A DNA stretch of 46,938 bases from Welwitschia mirabilis. Taxonomy: Eukaryota. The translations under genes and the position numbers were made by a program. Shown here piece after piece: positions 12,401-23,770 of the stretch (its first letter is position 1; every line of letters begins with the position of its first letter). The notes beneath the pieces were generated by a model. The model had not been told where the DNA came from and made no database searches. It was given only the letters and a program-made list of their open reading frames with translations. The stretch lies in the NCBI GenBank assembly GCA_051453625.1, contig JBOZIK010000001.1, positions 41,559,817 to 41,606,754 of the forward strand, given 5' to 3'.

Positions 12401-15170
12401 ACTTCTGCATAGTTGACAGACTCAGGCTCTCTACTCTTCAAATCAACAAATTCAGTTTTCATATGGTCAAAATCAAATTGATCTTCAAAAATGTACAAGT
12501 TATCTACTTCTGATTGGTTATTAAATAATGTTGGTTCATGAAGCATGGACCATCTTTCCTCAAGTGGATAGTGCTGTAAAAACAAAGTTAGCCTAATTTC
12601 TTCCTCCACATTCAAATAGTTTCCTAAATCTTTTTCAGTCGCATTAAAAACTCTTATTGAAAACTTTTTATTTGTAAACTTATACTCCATTAAACCAATT
12701 CTTGTATCTATAATATAGTGGGTTGTTACATAGAAAGCTCTGCTTAGAAATAAAGGATATCCACCATTGTTCTTAACTTCTATAATTATAACAATAATGG
12801 AACAGACATCTTCTTTTATCTAAATAACCAAATCCTTAATCACACCTAATGGTTTCTTCACAGAAGTATTAGCTAGTTCTAAAATAATCCATGTAGGTTC
12901 TACTCTTTCTTCTAACCCAAGTCTCTCATACATGTGCAAGGGCANNNNNNNNNNNNNNNNNNNNNNNNNNNNNNNNNNNNNNNNNNNNNNNNNNNNNNNN
13001 NNNNNNNNNNNNNNNNNNNNNNNNNNNNNNNNNNNNNNNNNNNNTCCATGTAGGTTCTACTCTTTCTTCTAACCCAAGTCTCTTACAAATATGTAAGGAT
13101 ATGCTGTTAACACTATCTTTAATATCAATCAAGGCTTTCTTAATCCTATAGTTTTCTTCTAAAGTAACACTCATAGTTGTTGTCCTTGGATCTTTAAACT
13201 TTAAACATTTTTGGAAAACTAAGTTATTAACAGATTGAGCTAGGAAGACTTTGCTAGGAATGGTACATTTTTGCTTTCTTCTAATCAAGTCTTTCCACAA
13301 CTTAGAATATTTTGGATTATCTTACAAAGTTTCCAAAATGATACGTTGATGCTGACATTTTTTAAGGCTTTTATATGATCATCAAAAATAGGATTTTTCT
13401 TTAGCTAAGAGGTAGCAGGTTTCTTATATAAAGATATTTTCTTTTTATTACTTAATGAAGAAGGAAAAGAATGGTTTTATAAGATTTTTATATCCTCTTC
13501 TTCATCATTTGTGTCACTTTTTGATGTTGAAGCCTCATGAATGGGAGGAGTTGTATCATTTCCACTTCTTGTTACACCTTCAAAACTTTTTTAACTTAAT
13601 TTGGATTTGGTAAAGGTTAAATGAAAAGATACTCATAAGGTTTTCAATATTGGTGTTTATCTTTTTAATGTTTGAGTTTGTCTTTTCTTATGTTTTTCTC
13701 AACTTCTTAATGGAATTCCTAAGATGATTACTTTGATTTTAGGAATTTGATGAGATTACTTAGTTATGAGATTGGAAGTTAATGTTCTCAAATCTTTTCT
13801 TAAATGGTTGGAAGTTAGGATGGTTTGTTTGAAAAATTTTAAAGTTGGTTTATTCACTCATCTTAGGTTGAAAGTTGTTGTGATTTTGGACTCATCTTTG
13901 ATTTTAGTTTTGGTTGTAGTTTGAGAACCTCTGATTAAAAGAACATACTTCCTCATAAATTCTCTCTTTGTAAGTTGGAAGTAAAGGACATTCTTTAGTA
14001 ACATGATAACTATCCTCACACAAATCACAGGTAGAAGCTATAGCTTCATACTTCTCAATTGCCACCTTAGCATCTAGAATTATCTAAGTATACTTTTCCA
14101 AGGTTGAAGTGAAATCCTTTATGACATTGATTGGTTCATTTTCAGTTCTTAGTTTATTTTTCTCATGTTTTACCTCCTTAAGATCTTTAACGATTTGGCC
14201 TATAGTCAAGTTTTATTTAGGTGAGGGTGTAGGTAATGTTTGACTCACTTCTACTAATTCTTCTAACACTTTCCAAGAATTTTCTAAGGTTTGATTCAAC
14301 AAATTATCTCCACACGAAAAATCTAATAGTTACTTTGTGTGACTGTTTAATCCACTATAAAAGTAGTCTATTAGTTCTACCTAGGAAAAGGCATCTATAG
14401 GGTTCGAATGTAAACCAATAAAGACTCTTTTATAAGAAGAGGCATATTCTTCATTAGGCATTTGTTGGAAGTTAGTAATTTCTTTCTTATATTTTCGGAT
14501 GATGGTTTTACTAATAAATCTCTCAATGAAGGCTTCATAGACTTGATTCCAAGATTTTAAGCTTTTTTGGGAAATCGTTCTTAACGATAATTTAGGTTTA
14601 TCTTTTAAAGTAATGGGGAAGATGATCATGTAGGTTCTATCACTTATGCATTTTTTACCATTTTCAGAAGTAAGGATTAATTGTTCAATGTCGACAATGT
14701 ATTGTAAGGGATCTTCATTAGGTTCACTATTAAAAGTAAGGTATGCATTTAAGTTTCTAAGTTCAACATCATCATTGAGAGGTAAATCAAAGGGGTTTGA
14801 ATTTCACATTTCTTATTTTCAATGAGACCACTAAGGGTGACATAAGCATTGGTATGAATAGGAGTGATTGTAGGGATTTTAATGATAAGATGTGGATTTG
14901 GTAAGATAAGTTTCTTTTGTTTCTGTAACAAGGTAAGCATGATTGAAAATGAAAAACTCTCATCTATAAAATTGTCTAAAAAATTTTCTTTAGAAAATTA
15001 AACTTTAAAGAAATGAGAGTAGATATTGTAGGAATTTCTAAATTTTGTGTACCTTTTATATGCTTACCTGAGTTAGTTTCCAAGTTGATAAAAACATCTC
15101 AATTTTTTTTCCTCAATAAACAGTCACTCTCTCTAGTATTTTTCTTTTTCATCAAATATTACCATACATG
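9410..15170 (-). pseudogene. Decayed gag-pol of element A
   Basis: gag (IFPITLKDK..., SWNQVYEAFIERF); protease region (KFKDP...KKALID..DSVN); RT (EIFIDDFS at ~11555-11578); RNase H (WILFMQEFNL...NFITDHLS); integrase (FYWPNYFQD, AYHPQNN, GPY). Numerous stops and frameshifts. Confidence 0.93.
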
Positions 15171-15628
15171 CTTAGTATCAAATGCACAGAATTTCATCCC
15201 TGTAGTCATTTGCATGATAATCTAGATGATAGAAATATAGAAATCATAAAAAAAGATCAAGCAAAAAACAAAAACAAAAAACTATTAGATACAGAAAACT
15301 CTAAAAGTAGACTGTCATCCACCTAAGTCTTTTGAACGATAGAGGGAATGATGGGAAAAAATCTAAAATTTTTTAACAAAAACAAAAATAGAAAACTCAT
15401 GGCACAGAGGCTATCATCACCGCACGTTATCTAGATGATAAGACGGATGACAAACTTTTTCATTATAGCACAGAAAAAACTTTTATTTGAAAATAGAAAA
15501 CTGATACCACAAAAAGGAGAAACCTATACTACTATAGTTAAAAGTACAATACTGCTATAGGCAAGTACTTAAACTAGAATCCAAAATACTTACCAGAGTA
15601 ATAACAACTCTTGAACTCCAAGTAGCCT

Positions 15629-15646
15629 TCCTTGGCAATGATACCA
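15629..15646 (-). promoter_or_regulatory. Primer-binding site of element A (decayed Athila-type tRNA-Asp PBS)
   Basis: TGGTATCATTGCCAAGGA lies 3 nt from the LTR end and differs from TGGCGCCGTTGCCGGGGA only by C>T and G>A transitions. Confidence 0.8.
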
Positions 15647-15649
15647 AGA

Positions 15650-16068
15650 TATTGCAATGTATATTTATATAACATAATGTCCTTAGTTAAGTTGAATCCT
15701 ATCAATTATAAATATTTGCATAAACACAATACACTAATATAGATGAAAGTAACCTGAGTGTCATAATCTATCAAAAGGCAAGTTAGGAGTCAAGAGAGCT
15801 AATTTTCATAAAGCAAAATACTTATACTATAACTATAGAAAATAACTTGCAATGCATGGAAGTAAAATGAAATACACTTGTGCCAAACTAATCTAGAAAA
15901 AGGAAATAACGATACACCTAACTTAAACTAACTATGTACAACCTTAATAAAGGTTTCTCTCATAACCTATATTACTAAAAAACTGTCACCAGATTAGAAG
16001 AAACATAAGATATGAGGGTGAGGAACAAACATGCATTAAAATCATAAAAGAAGTATTTTGTATTAAAT
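15650..16068 (-). repeat. 5' LTR of element A (3' portion; remainder lost in the gap)
   Basis: Ends ...TGCAATA before the PBS and aligns with 4266-4650. Confidence 0.85.
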
Positions 16069-16120
16069 NNNNNNNNNNNNNNNNNNNNNNNNNNNNNNNN
16101 NNNNNNNNNNNNNNNNNNNN

Positions 16121-16573
16121 TTCTTTGATTTTAGTTTAACTATGTGTGATCTGCATGCAAAGTCCTATTAACTAGTTCTAGAGATGTCGTCCTCTGATGT
16201 CATCTAGATAATGAGGTGGACAATGGAGTCTGATAATAAGATCTTCAGTTCAACTTCAAGTTATTTGTAAAGAGGTCTATTTGTTACTCAATTAGGGTTG
16301 TCATCCTACCTGTTGTGTGGATAACATAGGGGATAACAGTATTTTATTCATCCTCTATTAGTATGATATCTTGTTATTTGCAGGGATAATTATCTAAAAA
16401 TAAAATTTATCCATATCTACATGAAATGCTCGTGAATTATCTGATAAACTGCATGTTTTTGTCTTTTGCTCCTAGATTCTTGATTGTCATAGGAACTAGG
16501 CATTTATCTATTATTTTATCTATAAAACAACTCAAAATATCCTATCAAATACATTTAAGTTGCCATCGCAACA
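16121..16573 (-). repeat. 5' part of a related but distinct LTR, inserted into another LTR
   Basis: Ends in ...CTCAAAATATCCTATCAAATACATTTAAGTTGCCATCGCAACA (minus strand start TGTTGCG), homologous to the LTR starts at 5340 and 17366. Its interior differs from the A LTR. Confidence 0.7.
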
Positions 16574-17366
16574 CTTATATTGCTAAAGAAACTATCACTA
16601 GATTAAAAGAAACATAAGTTATAAGGATGAATAACAACATGCATTAAAATTAGAAAAGGAAATGTTTTGTATCAAGTTTTAAACCACATCCATATTACAA
16701 AGTAGCCACATCTTGATGAAGGTAATGTCATGCAACACTAAGGAAAATGCTCTTCTGCAACTATAAGGATGGACCTCTAGTCCTTTGATCTCCTGTCTTG
16801 AGATTTTCAAGTGCAAACAAAGACAAGCACAAGTCAAGTGCAAGATTACTATTTATTGATACACAAGCATATAATAAGACAGATAGATAGGAATGGGTAA
16901 AACTATAATGATCATGCCAAGAGAAATAAATAAATAGTTAGTAGAAATTAGCTGAGTGTTTAGTATAGACATTACAACAATGTCATTCAGCTGATCGTCC
17001 AGATGATATTGGAGATGATGCCACCTCATTAATGATTCACATTAGCCGCCAAATTGATTACAGTCAGCATCCTTGTTGCCATAAACTTCTTTATCATCTA
17101 TCTAGTCATCTGGACAATGAGGTAAATGATGGCCTTTTACAAATCTTCCATCAATGCATTAGCCTCAATGTTTTGCAAGAAGTTGTTCTATAAATGTAAA
17201 GTATTCAAAACTGCTCAAAATGATGTAAATCGCTATATAGATTGCATGTTTTCATCTTTTTAATCTTAGCTCTCCATTATTGCAGAAATCCAGTATTTAC
17301 CTATCTATTAACTTACAAAACCACTCAAAATACCCTATCAAATATGCATAAGTTGGTAATGCAATA
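16574..17366 (-). repeat. Partial LTR of the element A family (a third copy)
   Basis: Aligns with ~4545-5340. Its first ~100 bp duplicate 15965-16068 with many mismatches, so it is a separate copy. Confidence 0.8.
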
Positions 17367-19492
17367 GTAGTAGACATCTTCTCAAGAAAAAAGGCTTTAC
17401 TAAATCAGTTACTTCAAAGTAGAATATAGTACTTTTACTTTATATTTATCCTTATGCCAAAAATATAGATATTCTATTACAGTTATTGCATTATATCTTT
17501 TTAGAAAAATAAGGAAAAAAACATATAGAAATTAATTGATAGAACACAAAAGGAATATGTGCATTTTTAAGTAAAATTAGTTGGTAAAAAAGCAAATAAA
17601 TGAACAACACCTTAATAACATAGTTTTCACAAGTCAAATAAGAGATGAAGAACTAATAAATTTCATTGAAAAATAATTTATTATTAAATTGATGTAAAGC
17701 ATGATTTTCATTTCATGATTCATCAAAGGCACTACTCAAAGAATAGATCCAAGAAATTTTTGAAGTATTCTTAGAATGATTGATTAAGACATGTTTAATA
17801 AGACTAAGAAGCTTTCTAATATTCAACTTAAGACATGGACTTTCATTAAGAAGATAAGGCTTTCCCTAATTTAGTACTCCAATAAATAGCAAATCATATT
17901 TTCTAAAATTAGTAGGAGATAATGTGGAGTTTGGGTCATAAGAAAGAATAGTATTTTCATTTTTCATTGAAATCATAAGTAGGATAGATGAAGAAACATT
18001 TTGGATAGGATTAGACACTTCAAGTTTACTTGCTTCATGTGATGTAAGAAGTCTTTCCTCTATTTGGTTTTATTAAATCCTTGTAACTTCTTTCTTATCC
18101 TCCTATTCTTCATTATTTAAATCATTACATTATTGCATGTCATCATTTTCTAAATTATTAGATTCATCAAAAAGGTCATAAAAATAAATGTGATCATTAT
18201 CTTCATCCTAGATTGAAAAATGTTTAGATTTCTCATAAAGTGATTCCTCTAGTTCATATTGATTTTCTAATAGTAAGTGGATATTAGAAATATAATTTAG
18301 TATCTCTATATCATCATCTGATAAATTTTCATGGTTATTAGTATTGTTTGATTGGTGAGTTAAAATTTTATTGTTATTGCATTCAATATCTTCTATTGGA
18401 CATGGATCATCTAAATGTTCATAATCAACATAGAATTTATTCCTATGTGCAGCAATTTTAATATTTTCCTCCTCATTATTAAGGTAAGAAGTAGTAAACG
18501 TAGTGGTAGAGGCTTAAGAATGTTGTTTTATAAGAGAATCATGAGATGTTCGATTTTCTAATGTTCTTTGTTGAAGTACTCTTATAAGATCTTAAATGCT
18601 CTTATTTTAGGTTTTAATGTTTATTTGGTAGTCTCTTATATCTTCTTAGGTTCTTCTATTAAATCATGAAGTGAGTCATCTTAATTGAAAGAACTTGGTA
18701 AATATAAAAAATCTATTTCTTCTTTATTTTCTTCTATGGAAGGTGATTGAGGTATGTCAAATCATTTGTTGAATGCCTTTTTAAATGAGGTAGAAGTCCT
18801 AATATGGAGTCCTTAAATGTTTAAAATCATCATTTGAAATGAAGAAAGAGAAGAAGAGATAGGCAAAAAGGAGGAAGAGTCCCAATTCATAGTTTCAACA
18901 TCATTTTTAAATAACCACTCCATTTTTGCAAATATTTGACATAATTTTCTTTTACTATTATTAATAAAATTTAAGGTTTTTTTTTTTTTCCAAAGAAAAG
19001 ATTTGTTGAAGGGTTCTTTTATCATTATTCATAGGAATAGATACGAAGGATGAAATAAGAAGAACTTATTTGGATAGTAAGTAAGATAATCACTAGGATC
19101 TCTTAAAGCACAAGATGAAGATCAATCTTACTAACCAAGCATTTAGTAATACCAAAAGTAGGAGATAAATATAAATTTTATATGGTGATTCTAAGGATTA
19201 AGCTAAGTGCAAAGAGTAGGCTTAAAATATTAGTCTTTGAGTTCATATAAAAAACTAAAAATAACATAAAAATGAAAACTTATAAAAATAAAAAATGAAA
19301 GTAAAACTAGAAAACTAATTAAAATTTAAGCTATACTAAGCAAGTAAAAGTGTAACATGAACTAACAAAAGAAAATAAAAATTATATTTACACATTACAC
19401 AAGTAAATAATTTAAAACCAAGTTAATTACCTCTATAATGAGATTTAGCCTTCTAAAATTTCTTAAACTCCTCCTTGGCAAGGGTGCCAATT
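17367..19492 (-). mobile_element. 5' internal region of element C (highly decayed acidic or low-complexity coding remnant; no pol motifs recognised)
   Basis: Follows the PBS at 19472-19489; D/E/N-rich broken frames on the minus strand. Confidence 0.5.
19472..19489 (-). promoter_or_regulatory. Primer-binding site of element C (Athila-type)
   Basis: TGGCACCCTTGCCAAGGA lies 3 nt after the LTR end ...CCCCAACA. Confidence 0.78.
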
Positions 19493-21028
19493 TGTTGGGG
19501 TGTGAATCATGTGATCAATCTAGTACTTTCTTCCAATGAATATGTTATCATGAATACCTAAAAATCTCAATGAAGCTTATACAAAACATACTAGATGTGA
19601 GTTAATCCAAATGTCATACTCTAGAGAGGAATTTTAAGTAGCACGTTAGAAGATTTACTTTTAATCAGATATAAGAGAAATTAAAATGGTTTTCTATTTT
19701 AACTTTAGAATGATAAATTAATGAAAGTTCAATGATGCAATGAATGAATGTAAGATTCAAAGATGACATGCAAACCTAAATGTAAATCCCAAATGATTCT
19801 CACTTAATTGCAATCAATGTGAACTATATTAAAAAATAATTTAAAACAACACTTAATTAATATCTTTATCAATCAAAATGTTTACACCCTATTATAAAGA
19901 AAGAACTTCTAGATAAAGAAGACATAGCCCAACATAATAAATGTCCTTCTCTATAACTAAGATGGATCCCTTGCCCAATCAATCTTTAAATCATGATAAG
20001 AATAATTGATATAATCAAGATGATAAATGAGGAATCAAAGGGAGTTATTTATGGCTTTGACTTGATAGTTAGAGTTACCAAAGAGTATTAATATACCTGA
20101 AGCCATCATATCTCTAATTTCATAATGGATGAAGTCCATTTTACATTTATTAAGGGTGTCATCCATTAGGATGTCATCTAGACGATAGAGTGGATGATAG
20201 TTTATCTTCTTTTCTAATGGATTCTTATCTTTCACATGCCTTTTTGATGAGACAGTTGAGTATCATCCATTGGATATCATCCTAGGTATCATCTAAATAA
20301 CCAAGTAAATAACTGTCAATTGTGAAATTATAAGTTTTATTTCTTATGATCCTGCTAGTTGTCCTTGGTGTTATCTAGATGATTAGGTAGAAGACAAGTT
20401 ATCTTACATATCCTCTACTTCTTTATGTCATAATTAGCTTTTTTATTGGCATATGAAGCTTTCTCCTATTGGAATTAATCTTTCTTCACCTATTTCAAGT
20501 ACATTAATTAAGATCAAATATTATCTAAAACTTTATAGTGGTTTTTGAGTTATTTGACATATTCTTGTATCTTAGAAAGTTGTTGAATTTAATGGTATAC
20601 TGTATCATCTTCCAAGGCCATCTTCAAAATGTGGTTTCATTACTCTAATGATTGTCATTCTCTGAAGCATCATCCAGATGATAGTGTGGATGATTACCAA
20701 TACAAATATGATTTCTTTATTAAATCATTCTCTTGCATGTTATCTAGAATACGAGGTGAAAGAAATTCTTTCTTTTTTTCCTCTAATCCTCTTGGTCATC
20801 ACCCATCATTCTAAACTAGAATTATGATGCTCTAGATAAATTAATAACTTTGTAATATACCTCAAAAATCATCTATCAATGGTTAGAAATTTTGGAAAAC
20901 TACCTTCTTTCTTTATTGTGATGGCTACTTTATTTTTGTTCTTATTTAATTAAAAACTTATTCAAATTAAATATACCTAAAACATACTCTAAACATGATG
21001 TTAAATATCACTAACTTAACTCATAATA
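19493..21028 (-). repeat. 5' LTR of element C (~1.5 kb)
   Basis: Bounded by TATTATGAG (decayed TGTTGTGAG, compare 2871-2879) and ...CAACA plus PBS; homologous to 1300-2332. Confidence 0.82.
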
Positions 21029-21560
21029 CTATGCTAAATTCCTATAAGATCTATGTGCTATTAGAAGAAGGATGAATGCTAAAATAAAATCCTTCCTTTC
21101 TTAACAGACTAGTGCTATCATTCAAAACAAAGTTTCCCCAAAATACAAAGATTCAAAATGTCCTACCATAGCAATTATCATTGGAAACACAAATTTTCAA
21201 TAATTCTTATTAAATATTAAAGCTAGTATTAATATTTTACCTCATAGTATTTATAAGGAACTTGATTTAAATGATCTTAAAACTTCAATTACAATTGACT
21301 AGTAATTCTTTAGATGCACTATTAGGTATACTAGAGAATGTGATTATTTAGATAAATAATTCCTACTTTTCTATGGGATTCATAGTTTTAGTGATAAAAA
21401 ATACTAGAAGTCATACTATTTCTATTATCTTAGGAAGACATTTTCTCTCTAGTTTTAATGCTCTTATCAATTGTAAAAATGGTCTTATGAATATTTCCTC
21501 TAGTAACATGACTATTGCATTGAATATCTTTAATACCATGAAGAAACCTAATGATTTGAA
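21029..21560 (+). pseudogene. Decayed Ty3/gypsy gag-end and aspartic protease fragment (element D), cut on the left by the LTR of C
   Basis: YAKFL*DLC, PKYKDSKCPTI, ASINILPHSIYKEL, IILGRHFLSSFNALINCKNGLM...LNIFN. No RT follows. Confidence 0.85.
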
Positions 21561-22546
21561 AGGAGTAAAGTTCATTGAAATTCTTAATTATCTTAATCCT
21601 CTTTCCTATGAAAAAACTTTTTCTCTCTTTCTATATTTTCTTTGAATTATGATTTACATGTTAATCTTGAAAATGATCCTTCTTTTGATATGGACTTATC
21701 TCTAAGTATTTAATATATATCATTGATGATGATCATTTTCATTTTTTTATTTCTAATTCATCTATGTCTTGATGAAAGAAAAACATTTTGTAAGAATCAT
21801 TGGTGAAGCAACAAAAATAAATAGGAACATCATCTCATGATCTAAAATGTTTAAATCCTAATGGGTATTCTCCTCATACCCTTCTTAATTTTTTTAACTT
21901 GTGTATAAAGTATTATCATGAAAAAATTTATAGGCCTACTTTATCACTTGATCAATCATCCTATTCTTTTGATTGAAAAAATCCTGATAGTTCAAATTTT
22001 TTATCCTCATCTATGAGTCTACACCATTTATATGAACCTAACTTGGTTTTATCAAATATGCTTAAATTGGATCTAGTAACTTTATACTTGGGCTGCTTGG
22101 ATCAAAATATGAAAAACTCATGTGCTTAAGGATGATTTTTTCATAGAAAACACTAACCATACCCATTTACCTCATTTAGACTTTAGCAATTTTCACTCGT
22201 CCAACTCACCTCCATTTAATCCTTCATCACCTACATTTTATTCACTCCTTTCATCATCTTATAAGTTCATGAGACTCATTAATCCTAATTAATGTTATTT
22301 CCTTTAATCCATTAATAAAAATATCTTTTACCTTTTTAAAGCTTGATTGAAGTCTTCTATAATTTTTCTTTTCATTATCTAGTCATTTCAATTCTTTAGT
22401 TCTTTGCTAAAACTTGCATGCAGTTAGAGATATCTAATTTGGAATCAAGAAAAAGGGTGGATTTTGTTCCTTCATAGTTTTTAATTATTTTAAAGCATTC
22501 ATGAGGATGGGATCACTTCTCTATTAGGTTAATGAGCTAGTACCCT

Positions 22547-23749
22547 AATATATAAGATTAGATGCAATTCTGATGATTATGAAAAATCAATAAGATGATC
22601 ATCGAAACATGTAATTCTTGGCATATTTAGAGGCATTTTAGCATACTCTAATAATCAGTGCTTTAGAGAAAGATCAATGATGCAAAAGGCAGACTTTTCT
22701 TAAGCTATAAATATAAGGAAGACTGTTGTCCCCATAGTAGGTAGGATGACACTACTTTAGTAGCTATTTTAGATGCTGAGGTGGATTAGAGCTAGGAGTC
22801 AATGAATCCTCTTTTCTAAAGAGGTGTCATTTCTATTGTCATCCCTATGACATGTAAGACAACAATTGATGACTCATCTATTATCATCTCTAGCATCATC
22901 CCCATGACAATTAGGATAATACTAAAATTGCTAGCTGAATTTCATCTATTTCATTTATGTCTTTATCAGGTTTGAGCATGTTTTCTAGAACATCCATTAC
23001 ATCTTGAGTGATGATTATGTTTTCCTTATTGTATAAATAAACCTATCTTATAATCCTCCTATCATCTTCAACGCAATGCAAAATTCTTATGATAATATAT
23101 TGAAGAGTGAGAGATCCATCCTTTGATATTGCAGAAAGACGTCTTTCTTAGTGTTGGACTATGCATCCTCCATTGAGAAGTGGATGCTTTGTAACTTGGA
23201 TGCTAGTTCACTTAATACAAAATATATTTCTATTTTATTTCTTTCATACTTTACATGCCCCTTATGATTTATATTATTCTTAATTCAGTGAAATTTTCAC
23301 TTACGATATAGGTCTTAAGAGCAACCTTTGTTAAGGTTGACAAAATTACTTTAGGTACATTTTTAGATTAACTTGCATTACATTCTATTTGATTAACTTG
23401 ATAACTTAAGTTAGTCTTAGTTAGTGATAGTTTCCCTGAATAATGTAGGTTATATAAGATCAATCTTCTTCATAAGTCAATTTGATAATTAGATAGGTGT
23501 TCATCTAAAAGAAATTACATACGCATTTGCATGTCTCATTGCACTATTTCTTGCATTCTTCTTTGGATTCTAAAATAATATAATATTTCTTCAGAGATAA
23601 ATTCTTCTTATTCTTTCATGTACCTTCAATAGGTTTATGACATTTAAGTCATTTCCATCTATACTAGTGTGTTGTATTTGTAATATATCTATTTCTGATT
23701 GATAGGATTAAGAAAGATATAAAAAATTACAAAATTATGCACTGCAACA
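22547..23749 (+). repeat. 5' LTR of element B (first ~35 bp missing)
   Basis: Aligns with 31495-32680 and ends TGCAACA before the PBS. Confidence 0.9.
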
Positions 23750-23752
23750 TCT

Positions 23753-23770
23753 TGGTGCCATTGCTAGGAA
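23753..23770 (+). promoter_or_regulatory. Primer-binding site of element B (decayed Athila-type)
   Basis: TGGTGCCATTGCTAGGAA lies 3 nt after the LTR end. Confidence 0.82.

Larger units (their letters stand above)
4266..16068 (-). mobile_element. Element A: decayed near-full-length Athila-type Ty3/gypsy LTR retrotransposon
   Basis: Paired LTRs (4266-5340 and 15650-16068+), PBS, PPT, domain order gag-PR-RT-RH-INT, and a long 3' region carrying an extra ORF. Confidence 0.92.

Noticed and set aside
12888-13083. Exact ~39-bp direct repeat around a 100-N gap in the A protease region
   Set aside because: Most likely a scaffolding artefact; it cannot be told apart from a real duplication without reads.
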